64,000 nt of DNA from contig OX597818.1 in the NCBI GenBank assembly GCA_951406725.2, positions 73,966,001 through 74,030,000 on the forward strand, read 5' to 3'. Position numbers and translations under genes: made by a program. Below the pieces are notes generated by a model. The model searched no databases. It worked only from the letters and a program-made list of their open reading frames with translations, and was not told where the DNA came from. This DNA is from Octopus vulgaris. Taxonomy: Eukaryota. How positions within the stretch are numbered: position 1 is the stretch's first letter; the number at the start of each line of letters is the position of its first letter. Positions 40,470 through 53,790 of the stretch are shown piece by piece.

Positions 40470-42400
40470 CAAATTAAGCTACAAGGATATCCAGAGGTAA
40501 TGCAGTACGATAGTTTCATGCAACTCCATTTAATTGAACAATATAATAATTACATAAATGTAAAATGTAGATCAATCTTCAGCTGCACAAAGACATAGAA
40601 TTTAATCAAATTAGAACAGATGGACATATTAGTATAATTATGCCTAAAATCTCCAAGAAGTTACGGAAATAGTCAAAGAAGCTGTTGTACCTACAACAGC
40701 ATATTAGTAACTAAAATTTTCAAGGAGACACTGCCTGTCACTGATTCTTTGTTTCTTTATATGGGGTCAGTTTTAATTTATAGACTAGTTTATCAAATCC
40801 TTTGTATATTTAAGGCTGAGAGAATCAGAGGGCCGTATTTGTTTGGGGTAGACTTGAGGGAGTAGACAGACATTCTAGATGGTATAGTCATAAAAATCAA
40901 TGTTTATTAGAATTTATAATTTATCTAATTTGTAGTACATTTGTTCTCTCATCTAACTGGTAAATCTTCCTGATAACCTCAAATTTTAACCTTATACAGA
41001 AAATGACATATTGTTTAAAATAGTTTTAGTAATTAATTTTGTTATTCCTTTCTTAAAATATTCCATCCTCTTAATTTTGGTATTTATATTGGCTTTATAC
41101 AAATAGCCCTTCCAATTAAGTACTCCTAAGAAACTAATATCATTTATGGATTAACAGAAATAACTTTTGAAATCTATATTATACCTCTTAATTTAATATT
41201 AATATATGGTTAGCTTGTCCTTTGAACAAAAATTATCTTTTCAACTAATACCGGGTTTCAGCCCTGATTATAGTAAACTAAATTAGTTAACAATTTTTAG
41301 GTCATAAATTATTATACATTTTCTATAAATACTTCATGGTTAATAAGATATGAATATTTTATTTTATTATATTTTTTAGTGATTAAATTGCTCTTATTCC
41401 TTTTCCATGATATTCTACCCTAAGTCATCATGTTATTACTGCTTTTATTGTTATTTTTATAGCAGCCTCAAATAAATCTAATACATGTACCCCTATTAAT
41501 TCATACTCAGCTTATATAAGGCAATACTAGTATCTCCACAGCTTAAATTTATTCAGTTAAATCAGTATATAGTTGACATGCTCTTTAACCTCAGTTGCCC
41601 CCTTATTAAATACCAGTTTGATCACTCGCCATATAAATCATATAAGTTCATATTATATGAACTTATTATATGTTCATATTTTAAATAAGTAGTAAGTATA
41701 TAAATGTTAATCTATTTCTTTGACATTTCTTTTTCCTCCCTTTATTGTGGTAAAAAATGTTGGTATGTACTCAAAATATTCAAAAATGTGGTCTCATTTT
41801 GTTAAAATTTTCATTCTTAATAATCTTTTTGGTTACCCTAAAAAAATTTAACCTCATACAGTATGACAATATTGTTTGAAATGATCTTTAGAAATTACTT
41901 GATTTTTCTCTTTCTTAAATGGCTCTACCCTACTGATTTTAGTATTTATAAGGACTTTTATATTAAAATAACCTTTCTAAACAAGTACCACTAAGAAACT
42001 ATAAATATCATGTAGGGATTAATATTAAACATATAATATAACCCTTAATTAAAAAAAAAAGAAGATTAGTGTAAAATAGAATTGTTCCACAACTTAAATA
42101 TTCCTTTAGCCGATACCAAACATCAGTCTTTTATAGATATTAGCTAAATAAGTAAATATAATTTTTACTCAAATATAATTCGAATTATTATATTTTTCTA
42201 AAAAAAATCTTCTCTATTGATGAACAAGCTACATACATTTTGCCATAGTATTAGTAACTAAGCCATTTTATTCCTTTTCTATGGTGTTCTGCCCTTGATT
42301 ATTTTATTTTATTTTATAATTAGCCTTTATTTATTTATAAAATTATTCTAAGTTTTTGCATCTCTATAAATTCATACCTATAATATATTCACTGCTTCTA
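40468..42400 (-). mobile_element. Highly decayed AT-rich element sharing its terminus with the 44817-45265 fold-back
   Basis: 40468-40612 matches 44820-44965 (caaggatatccagaggtaatgc..caatcttcagctg). 41720-41845 resembles 44160-44272. Only faint RT-like remnants (SINDISFL). Confidence 0.45.
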
Positions 42401-42434
42401 GGAAGACTGCTTAGATTAAAATTTTATCAACATA

Positions 42435-44021
42435 CTAGCATTATGACCCGTCGTTGCCGTGTCATAGTGCTAGTGCATGTATATATGTGTATATATATAT
42501 ATATGTGTGTGTGTACATATTACATGTACATCTATATATATACATCTACACATAAAATACAAAATACAAAGTTATATCTTGATATCGCTAGTGATAACAA
42601 TACTCAAAATATATAACAGACTGGAATTGTAAGGCCCGTCTCTTTCAATTTCTATCAATTGTATGTTGTCCTCCCTCTTGTATAGAAGTGTGGCTACAAT
42701 CCAGCCTTCCTCTACTTCTGGGGGGGGACATTTTAAATTTTTATTCGGGACCTCCTACACCCCAAATATAAAGGTAAAAATAAAATATTTCCACTTTGCA
42801 AGGTTCGAGTCGAGTACTCCCTTGCACGCTCCGTTGACTCGAAGCTTGCTTCTATTGTGGCGAATTTACCGCCTCTGGTTAGATATCTTTCATAGTCGCA
42901 TCAAGACACATTTCGATGGTGCTTTCCTCCAGGTGTTCAAATCTTTTATTTTCTATACATTGTATATTTTATAGACAATAGTCTTTCCTTTAATTTAATT
43001 TTTTATTTCGTTTTGTCGGTGATCAATCCGAAATAGGTTTGTATTTCTTCCATTTTAATTTTAATGAGTTCGCGCCCGCCAACGGCTACAGCGAAATTCA
43101 TTTTTGAACTTTCTTCTATCGAAGGCATTCTAACAAAAATGCTTCCGTGTAAACGGTGAAAATATTGTCAATTTCCCCAAACAGGGACACAATTCAATTT
43201 TTAAACAATAATCAAAGCTCCCTCTCCCAAAGGGGGAGGGTTACAGTTTACAATTATTTAACAAATGCAACACAACAACATTTCCCTTACGAGGAACCAA
43301 CAGACGTAATAACTATATTTAAACAGTAATAATAATAACAACAAACCTTACAGTGAATCAAAAGGCAGCATGCAGTTGAAGCTATAGTCCTTTATGTATA
43401 AGAAATAAACCAACAGCAGTAATCAGTAGAAGCGGCTGTTCGAGAAAACAGACATTACATACAGCCAAACTTCATATAGATACTTAATGCTAGCTAATTA
43501 GCAGATAATCTAATGTAAAAGCCGTGGTAAACGGTATGTGCACAGCTCCATCTGGACTATTCCATTTCTGCACGCTAATTTTATTTTTAATTTATTCCCA
43601 TTCATGTGAAGCCACTTATTCAAGTTCAAGTCATTGATGCAATTTTATACCAATTGCTATTTTTACTTTTGTTATGTTACGATTATATTATACTTTAGTT
43701 TGATTTTAATTATTAATTACTACATATAATTCAATTTTTATTATTATCTCTAATTTTTATTGTTAAAGTGAAAGTATCTGATTTTATTTCACTTTTAACA
43801 CGTAATACTGAAATAGTGGAGAAGATATGCTATTGCTATGGGCTCGCCCTAGGCAAGAAGTTGAACATTTTCTTTGCCCATGAAACTACATGGACCCTAA
43901 GTAAGGCATGTGTAAAATTTGAATGAAATTGTTTGTGTAGTTCTCAAGTTTTAGGGAAACACACAGACAGACAGACAGACAGACAGACACACACACATTC
44001 TCAGTTTTATATATAGAGAGA
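42435..44021 (-). mobile_element. Non-autonomous Helitron
   Basis: Minus strand: A|TCTCTCTATATATAAAA..(GTCT)n..ttcattcaaattttacaca, a 3' hairpin (ggcaacgacggg region) and CTAG|T. Inserted at an AT dinucleotide with no TSD. Confidence 0.8.
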
Positions 44022-44321
44022 TAATTAGCATGTTCTTTTACCTCAATACTCCTTTATTAATATCAGTAAATATCATTTAATCTATATTCACAGACACCAT
44101 CTTATGAGTTAGAATTTAAGTTTACAATATGTATAAATATTAAACTATTTCTATATAATTTCTTTTCCCCCCTCTATTGTGGTAAAAGTTTCATATATAC
44201 TCATATGTATTCATAAGTTTCTACATTTTTGCTACAATATTCTTCTTAATAATCTCTTGAATAACCCTAAACTTCAACTAACGCCTCAATTTAAGCACCA
44301 TATTCATCTGAATCTCTATAT

Positions 44322-44804
<483 letters not shown>

Positions 44805-44816
44805 ATATATATATAT

Positions 44817-45265
44817 ATAATCAAAATAAACAACAAGGATATCCAGAGGTAATGCCGTATGATGGTTTAATGCGACTCTATTTAATCGAACAATGTAAAT
44901 ATTACATCAATTTTAAAATGTAGAGCAATCTTCAGCTGTATAAAAATATAGAATTTAGTTAAATTCGAAGGATTCATTTGTATAGTTTTCTTATCCAAAA
45001 TCGCAAAGAGGATAAGTAGATAGCCAAAGAACATGTTTCCAACTATGATGCTGTTGATGAAACATGTTCTCTATCTACTTTGGATAATAAGAAAACTATA
45101 CGAATGAATCCTTCGAATTTAACTAAATTCTATATTTTTTTGCAGCTGAAGATTGCTCTACACTTTAAAATTGATGTAATATTTACAATGTTCAATTGAA
45201 TGGAGTCGCATGCAGCGACCGTACTTCATTGCCGCTGGATATGCTTGTTGCTTATTTTGATTATA
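44817..45265. mobile_element. Fold-back element with ~185-215-bp arms
   Basis: atcaaaataa..caaggatatccag..gtagagcaatcttcagctg..gaatttagttaaattcgaaggattcat is mirrored at 45080-45265. Both inner ends carry GAAACATGTTC. Confidence 0.9.
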
Positions 45266-45347
45266 ATCACCCCATTTTGAATTATTTGGATAATACCACA
45301 CTAAATTCTGGTACCACATTCAACTGAATCTAAATTTTACTGAACTT

Positions 45348-45407
<60 letters not shown>

Positions 45408-47189
45408 ATGTGTATATATTATAAATGTGTGTGTGTGTGTAATTGTGGTTATCTACATCCCTATCTTCAAACCAGCTTCCCTTGAATTACTATTTTAGCC
45501 ACCCTTGATACCGAGCTCGTAGTCCTGGATAAAGTATTGTGAGACTATTGTTTAAATTTATCTGAGCACTACAACTTGTTTTCCATACATATATATATAT
45601 ACATACACACTAAATTTACATACATATATGTATATATACATATTTATATATGTGTATGTTTGTAATTATATGTATGTGTGTATGTAAGAATGTATGTATG
45701 TCTAATGACGCCAAGGAAGTGAGATTTTCACAGATCACATTGATTTCGTTACTGTTAGAAAAGTGTATGATCTCTTCATGTATATATAACACAGATATTT
45801 AATCCACCTTCATATTCCATAATGTTATAGCATAATTTTTCTCATAATCTTCTTTCCTTGTCTAGACAATCGACCTTTTACTGAGAAAAACACTTCCAGG
45901 TGTATCTAGCAGCTAGAAATAGTGAGCAAATTTCTATGAATACTCATTAAGGGAAAATATACTTTGGATAATATGGTCTTAGAAATAACCCTCAATTAGC
46001 AAATAATTTCATGGTTATGAAGTGACTCGTGGATGGACAGTGCATATACAAACGGTATTAAGGACTTTTTTGTGCGTCTATATTCATAGAACAGATAAGG
46101 TAAATTTCCTGCAAAATGATTTAAGTTGGTGAACTGTGTACGACCAGACAAGTCTCAATGTTGTAGGATCCAATCCAAGAGAGGACAAAGAAGAAATAAC
46201 ATGACATATTCGTGGGTATTTAGGAAGAGAACTACTAGAAATATTGAGGGTCTTTATTTCGATTGAGAGCAGTAAGTTTATTATATTATCTACTGTTCTA
46301 TTCAATATGGAATAGATTTGTAATATTTTGTTGTTGCAGATTTTGTTTTGATATCTTGATCTCGATTATTCAAAGTTGAATGCTTTTGAGCTTCGGATGT
46401 TTACTCTCTGAAATGCTTTGGTGCCAAGAAAGTTTAGTTATTTTTCTACATGATCTTTAACTTCTGTACGTGACGTGTGTTTCTCTCATTCATATTGAAG
46501 TATGGGAATAGGGTTAGTGCAGGTGAAAGAAAAGTGACATATAATCAAAGCGTGATCAACGTTGATTTGCAAGTCGTAACATCCGCTGACGGTCATATAC
46601 ACCTACCAGGGTTGTATTTACTCACTTAAGGACATACAGACAAATGAAATAAGTCACTAGATGTAAGACAAAAGTTCTAGTTTTTCACTTGAGGAAATTA
46701 AAATCAATTGATAAAAATGATGCTTTGTAAGTAGAAAAGAAAGGAAAGCAGCAGAGAATAGCTGAGCTAACAACATCAGTATCACTTCCAAAAGTGCTTG
46801 TTGCAGGGAATTACTTTGTGCCGGGGACTGGAGTTTAGTGAGCAGTGATTCATATTTCAACCATAACACCCAACAGAACCACCGCAATCGTTCTCTGATG
46901 TCAAAAGAAGGAGCAGAAGAACCAGAATGAAAATATGAAATACAAAGAAAACCTTAAAACGAAGGGTAAATCCCACGAAAATGAGACGAAAAAGCCTGAG
47001 GTAGTTCTAGCTCTTCAGTGAGATAACGTGGAGTTCATAGAATTGTGGCAGGAAAACAAAGAATAATTGGTATTTCTAAAGAAGCATCTTTTAAAAATTA
47101 TTGTGCTGCTGATCACTGGCTTCGATTTAATCGATAAGCCCTTTATTCGAAGGTTTCAGCACTTGTATCTATAGTACAATTGATTATTT

Positions 47190-47460
47190 AGCTAGCAGAA
47201 TCGTTATCATTCCGAACATGTTTGAGTTCAAATTCTGTCTAACTGATTCTCATCAATTCTGGGTTGAATAGCCGGGTGAAATGCTCAGTGGTATTTCGTC
47301 CGTCTCTACTGTCAGTGTTCAAATTCCGTTGTCGAGGAAAACTATTCCTTGCATCCTTTCAAGCTCGATAAATTAAGTACCAGTGAAACACTGGGGTCGG
47401 TGTAATCGACTATACCCCTCCCCCAAATTTCACACCTCGTGTCTATAGTAGAAAGGATTA
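47190..47460 (+). mobile_element. SINE-like repeat (same family as 3941-4145)
   Basis: gcagaatcgtta..gagttcaaattc..catcctttc..gataaattaagtaccagt..actggggtcg..tagaaaggattatt. Confidence 0.7.
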
Positions 47461-47477
47461 TTATTATTATTATTATT

Positions 47478-48009
47478 GAGTGAGAGAGCAGTTCATGCCA
47501 TCAAAGTGACACTGGGGTAAAATATACGAAGCCCAATATACCCATCATGACTACCCGTCTGATAAGGGTACACCAGGCACATGCATCACAACCATATGTG
47601 CGCGGCATGGTAATCTCATATCAAGGTAAACAGCACATGACCTTGCAGGTGGGGCCCAGTTAGAATTTTCTTCAGGTCGAGTAGCCCATCCGCTCAAAAG
47701 GTCCCTGAATAAGGGTTGTTTAAGGATGTTGAAAGAACCACCCATGTTTCCAGAGGTGAATTATTCAAACCCCAAATAATCCCTCTCAACACATGGCCAT
47801 GATGCTCCCCCACTACTTCTGCTCGTGATCAGAGATGCACATATCTTCAGCCACTAAGGGACATGCTCAACTGGTTAAGGTCAAACAACTGACAAGCAAA
47901 TCTGTGGTATTGAGCAGAATATTTGCTGTAGCCCATCTTTTATACCAAGACAAAGCAATGTACATGATGACACTTCCAATCAGTTAAGATCAGAAGCCAT
48001 GAGAGCCAC

Positions 48010-48010
<1 letters not shown>
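47478..48010 (-). mobile_element. GC-richer retroelement 3' segment embedded in (TTA)n
   Basis: Non-repetitive 530-bp insert bounded on both sides by (TTA)n. The minus strand ends ..ctctctcactc-(AAT)n. Confidence 0.6.
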
Positions 48011-48063
<53 letters not shown>

Positions 48064-49591
48064 TGTTAGCATACCAGTGAAAATATTTAGCCGTATTTCT
48101 GCGTATATGTCCACCGAGGTCCGCTTTGCTTATTATCAATTCGAGGCAGATGAAATAAATACCAGTCAAATACTAGGGTGTCTGCAATCGACTTCTCCCC
48201 ATTCCCAAATTCCAGTCCTTCTGTCAATAATTAAAGAAACTATTGTTGTTGCTATTAACATATGTATGTCATGCGTAGGATCTAAAATGCAGAGAGACAT
48301 ACGTTATGCGTGCCAGATTGTTTGTCAGATCCACCCATGACATTAAATTTTGAAGTAGTGTTCCGTTATTTATTTGTCACCAATTATAACATTATTAGTA
48401 AATGCTATATTATTTGTTTGCACGGGCTGTGGCTTGTCAACAATTTAATGATTCATTCATGGATGAAAGTAATTTTATGCTCTGAATACGAAATATAATT
48501 GAAATGATTCGAATAAATGAGAAGACTATGAATGCGAATTCAGAGACCAATAACCGAGTTGGTCGACAATCCACTGGAACGTAAAATATACTACAGTTTT
48601 GCTATTTCAATATTAATATGAAATAAAATTGATTTTTTTTAAAACTGTGTTTTAACTCTTCTATGAAGAATGAAAAATAATATTACAATTATGAATTTTG
48701 TTGTACATATATTGAGATAATACTGAGCACAAAATCAATATAGGAATTACGTTATATTTAATTTTCTATATAATAGTAATAATGTATAACATGAAAGCCA
48801 TTTGTCTTATTAGTTAAGTTTCACTCGGCAGAATATTACAATTAAGTGTTGGCTAATGCTCTCTTTCCTCCATTTATATTTTTTTCGTCTGGGACTACTA
48901 CATTACTATATGCTCTTTCTAAACTACCAGCTATATACAACTTCTTCAGCCAGAGTCACTTAAAACAGCTTAATCTAATCACCTCACTTTCGGTCGATGA
49001 TTGGACTTATACTTAATATTCATACATATATATATAAAGAGAAGTAAAGAATGAAACAAGTGAAATACAGACTACGACCATTTCATACAGAATTGAGGCT
49101 TATTACATTGGTTGTAACACTCACGCAAACACAAAAACAGCTTAGTTTATCTTCAGATACAATAATTTCTACATTATTGTTTACATTGCTATGTGCAGAA
49201 GAGAAAATGAATTATTAAACTAGCCACAGCACGAGTGGCAAGTTGAAAAAGAATGAGGAAAAAATAAAAATAAAAATAAATGACTAATCAATGTATTAGT
49301 TAGAGGATAGGTGTCCTTAAATGGAAAATAGTGTGGGCATGTTAACAAACGTTAAGTGCCAAGATGATTTCTGGGTAAAGATGAAATGAAGGTGAGTAGG
49401 ACTAACAATAAAATTCCATAACCCAAGGACGTCAAATGGAAGAATTGACAGCATAAATGTTTTAGAAAGGTAACTGAAATAAACCATTGGAAGACATTGA
49501 TCAAAGGATGAAAGCCGACTTGGGGGTAATAAAAAGCACACAATACTACTTAAGCGTAAAACGAGGATACAAATATATATATATATATATA

Positions 49592-49666
<75 letters not shown>

Positions 49667-49729
49667 AACATTATATATTATATATTATATATTATATATA
49701 TTATATATTATATAGTATATATATTATTA

Positions 49730-50742
49730 AAACAGCCGAAATGTTTAGTGTATCAAGAATTACTGTCTCGAAAGTAATGACTGTCTTTGAGAAAGAGGAA
49801 AAAACTTCCTCGTCGAAACAAAACTCCGTAAGAAAACCAACACTTTCAGATAGGGACCGTCGGACTCATAAGTGAATTGTTAGAAAGGATCACAAAAGTA
49901 CAGCGCACAAAATTACTGCAGAACTTAATGACCACCTCGCTAACCCGGTTTCCAAAAAAACTGTTCGTCGGGAGCTGCACAAAGCCGGATTTCACGGGAG
50001 GGCTGCAGTCAGAAAACCACTGCTTTCTATAACAAATATTGCAAGGCGTTTAGAATGGAGTAATAACCTATAGAATTGGTCCCTAGAGCAATGGAAAAAT
50101 GGTATTTTCTCGAAAAAGTAATCCTTTACCGTATTTCCGACCACCGGCCAAGTATACGTGTGGAGACAGCCAAAAGAAGCATTTGACCTAGACTGCCTTC
50201 TTTCAACTGTTAAGTATGGAGTAAGATCTGTGATGAACTGGGGGGTGGTATCTTGGAAATCCGCCGGCCCAATGGTTTCCCTTCATGGTAGAGATAATAG
50301 TCAATACTATTTAAGCATTGTATGTGATCAAATTCACCCTATGATTACGGAACTGGTTTCGGGGGTAAATGCAATCTTTCAGGATAATAATGCACCTTTA
50401 CACACAGCTAAATTTTTTACTGAATGGCACGAGGAACATTCTAGCGCAGTTGAACATCTTCTCTAGCCACCACAGTCCCCAGATCTCAATATTATTGAAC
50501 ATTTATGGTGCATTTTAGAAAAGCACTTAAGGAATCGATATCCTCCACCATCATCACTACAAGAACTGGATACTGTTTTAGCTGAAGAATGGATAAAAAT
50601 ACTTTTTGAAACAATTCACACATTGTACGAGTCCATGCCTCGTAGAATTCAAGCTGTAATTACTATCAAAGGTGGTTCTACCCATATTGAAATCAATTTG
50701 TTTGAAATTTGAAGGTGTTTGAATTATTTTGCCCAAACCCTG
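49730..50742 (+). mobile_element. Tc1 transposon fossil
   Basis: TVRRELHKAGFHGRAAVRKPLLS, TVKYGVRSVMNWG, IFQDNNAPLH, PPQSPDLNIIEHLW, SMPRRI. Right end ..gcccaaaccctg-TA. Confidence 0.9.
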
Positions 50743-50809
50743 TATATATTACGCACGCACACATACACATATAAATATATAAATGTATATATATATATAT
50801 ACACACCTA

Positions 50810-51030
50810 TGTGTGAGTGTCTTTTTGTCTTCTTTGTCTCACCGTCAACGCTTTTTTTATGTTTACGTCCCCCTAACTTAGCGGTTAGGCAAAGAAATTG
50901 ATAGAGTAAGTACTATGCTTATAAAATATAAATCCTGGGGTCGATTTGTTCGTCTTAAATCCTCCAAGGTGGTACTCCAGCATGACCGAAGTCAAATGAC
51001 AGAAACTTGTAAAAGAGTAAAAGAGTAAAA
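50810..51030 (+). mobile_element. SINE 3' half
   Basis: tttacgtcccc.taacttagcggtt.ggcaaa..ggggtcgatttg..ctccagcatg..gtcaaatgac..gtaaaagagtaaaagagtaa. Confidence 0.75.
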
Positions 51031-51715
51031 TAGAATGTATATATATGTATGTATGTATGTATGTTTGTATGTATGTATGTATGTATGTATGTATGTATTT
51101 ATGTATGTATGTATATATATATATGATTTTTTTCTGTTTGGCTGCCACTTCCCAATCGCTACAGTTTTTGTTCCAATTGATTTTATTTTTAATGTAATGG
51201 TTTAGTTTGGTATGTTAATCATTGCCATGAAATTTATTTTTGCCATAAATCAATAAACACAGAGTTAATAGATTTGCAAATTTTGGTTCATTTTAGCCGC
51301 TCGAAATCCACAGACATATAAGTGCCTCTTTCCATAGTTACAAGCCAAGCTGTAAGCAAGCTTCTTACCTACACGATAATTTTTCGATTATTAAATGCTT
51401 AAAACACACGAGTTATGAGGTGGCCGTGAGATGTGCTAAATGTTATAGCTAAATAGACCTTAAATCACACAACAATTGTTTTTTCTTTTGGTCTTTATAT
51501 AATCGCATGAATTCCAGTGTATAGAATTCACAAAATTTTCTGAAAATTCCAGAAAATAGAAAATGAAGGATATGAAGAGTTGTTTGGTAGAATTCCGCCA
51601 ATATCTCATTTGCTTACAGTTGGCAACACATGCAGTTACACACAGCATGAGTTTCCAAATACTGTTTTCTGACTGGGTAAAAAGTATCAGATTTTAAAAC
51701 TCTAATTTTTAAAGA

Positions 51716-51995
51716 AGTGATTTTAAATTCTCAAACGCAGGATAATGCTAATAATATAGCCTGCACAGGATAAGCTACCCCTATTTTGCAGACAAAAGTG
51801 TTGGCGGCCGGCTATGGGACATCGGTGTTGGCGGTTTAGCTTAATGGTTCAGAGCACCGCGATGCCTATTCATGGAGATGTGAGTTCGAGTCTCATAGCC
51901 AGCAGCCGAAACTTTTGTCTGCAAAATAGGGGTAGCTTATCCTGTTCAGGCTATATTATTATAATTATCCGGTGTTTGAGAATTTAAAATCATTT
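51716..51995. mobile_element. Fold-back element centred on a tRNA-like sequence
   Basis: Arms tgattttaaattctcaaac..caggataagctacccctattttgcagacaaaagt and acttttgtctgcaaaataggggtagcttatcctg..gtttgagaatttaaaatca. Confidence 0.88.
51827..51903 (+). pseudogene. tRNA-like sequence (pseudo-tRNA or SINE head)
   Basis: Acceptor gttggc/gccagc, D-arm tagcttaatggttcagagca, T-arm GTGAG-TTCGAGT-CTCAT. The anticodon arm is imperfect, so identity cannot be assigned. Confidence 0.7.
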
Positions 51996-52245
51996 CGTTA
52001 ACTTTCTAAGACATCTCAACGCTTCTACAGCAAACTTCGTGTCTTTGTTTATGTTCATCGTAATTTGAATCTTTCTGTAACTTTTCTTTTAAAACTTCCT
52101 GGAATAATAAATTAACCCTTGAGATTCATTGTAAAAAATTACATCAATTCATCACATTTTAAATTTTTGACTAAACTTGAAAATTTCCACAAGTACAGCC
52201 AAATGGAAAAGATTTTGTAAAAGCATAGATGCACACACACATGTT

Positions 52246-52277
<32 letters not shown>

Positions 52278-52550
52278 CATACTTTATTAATACAGTGTCC
52301 GATAATCGGGAGCGTGAAAATCTGAGTAATAATTTTGTGATGTTTTGCGGCTTTATTATTCTTTTCTACTATAGGCAAAAGGCCTGAAATTTGGGGCAGG
52401 AGGATAGTCGATTACAACGACCTCGGTACTCAACTGGTAATTAATTTATCGAACCTGAAGAATGGAAGGCAAAGTTGAATGAAAGGCATATTACTCCCAA
52501 TATTCGAGTACTATTTTTTCCACCTTGTTTCACATATATGTGCTTAGTCT

Positions 52551-52649
<99 letters not shown>

Positions 52650-53594
52650 ATATATATATATATGTACATATACATGTACGTTCATATTTATACACATATA
52701 CATGCATACTTACATTTATATATGAAAAATCAGAAAATGGAGGGCACCTTGGAAATTGTAGAACACGTTAAAAGAATTATTTAATAAAATGAGAATTTTA
52801 AAACACACACACGCACGTAAAGAATGTATGCGTTCACACGCATGCATAGATTCACGTAACTGCTTTTCTATTTCATGGCTAAAGGAATTGCATTACTAGA
52901 CCTACCCTGCTTCATTTACCCTCTAAGGAGTATTCCTTTTATTTCCACTTAATGACTTCTGTAAACACATTCAACTGATTGCACATTTTATTCAAGGCGA
53001 CCTACCCTCTAGTCATATTTTCATTGGTCATTCGATAATGATTTTGTTTTGTCTTGTTCCCTTTTGCAAATCACCGTGTTTATGGATGAGTACGTTTGCG
53101 CGTGTGTGTATGTGAAAATAATATATAAAATACATTAGAGTGAATATGTTTGTGCTTGTGTGTATATGCTATAATATATATAAATGAAACCTATTTCACT
53201 ATATAGCAGACACGTAATTGATATAAATCACAAATTCAATAGTTTATCTGATCTTACCTTTTTACTAAACAGTCAAATATCTTTGATATATGGTGCGATA
53301 AATTGATAGTGGAAGACACTTCCTTTTTATATCATAGTAGAGACGATAGATGCTTGTCTGCACTAAAGGCAATATATCTACAACACATTAATGTGTTAGA
53401 AATCTTATTGCACGTTAGCGTATGATAAAAATTGTCTGTTCTTGTATATATGAATTATTTAAAGTAGGGACTTCATATGCTTAAAGAAGTTACCTCTGGA
53501 AAGATTATCATGACCTTCTCAATTGGTATATCTAAACAAGCACACATGCACACATACATATATGCATATGTGTATCTATATATGTGTATGTGAG

Positions 53595-53790
53595 TGCGCG
53601 TTGCATAGTGGTTAAGATGTTGCACTCACGATCGCGAAATCGTGGTTTCTGTTCAAGGAGCGGATGGTGTGTTGCGTTTCTTCAGCAAAATACTTCGTCT
53701 CACGTTGCTCTCTGACCACGTCGACTCCATACGTATAGTACACTGTACACCTGTACAAGCAATGTCGATTTGTTGAAAGCAAAGTGCTAA
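53595..53790 (+). mobile_element. Degenerate tRNA-derived SINE
   Basis: gcgcgttgcatagtggttaag..cgtggtttc..cagcaaaatacttc.tctcacgttgctc. Confidence 0.55.

Noticed and set aside
46640-47050. Purine-rich, exon-like stretch
   Set aside because: Frames are interrupted and there is no recognisable domain or clear splice pair.
51827-51903. Functional tRNA gene
   Set aside because: Mismatched acceptor and anticodon stems, and it is embedded in a fold-back repeat. Treated as a pseudo-tRNA or SINE head.
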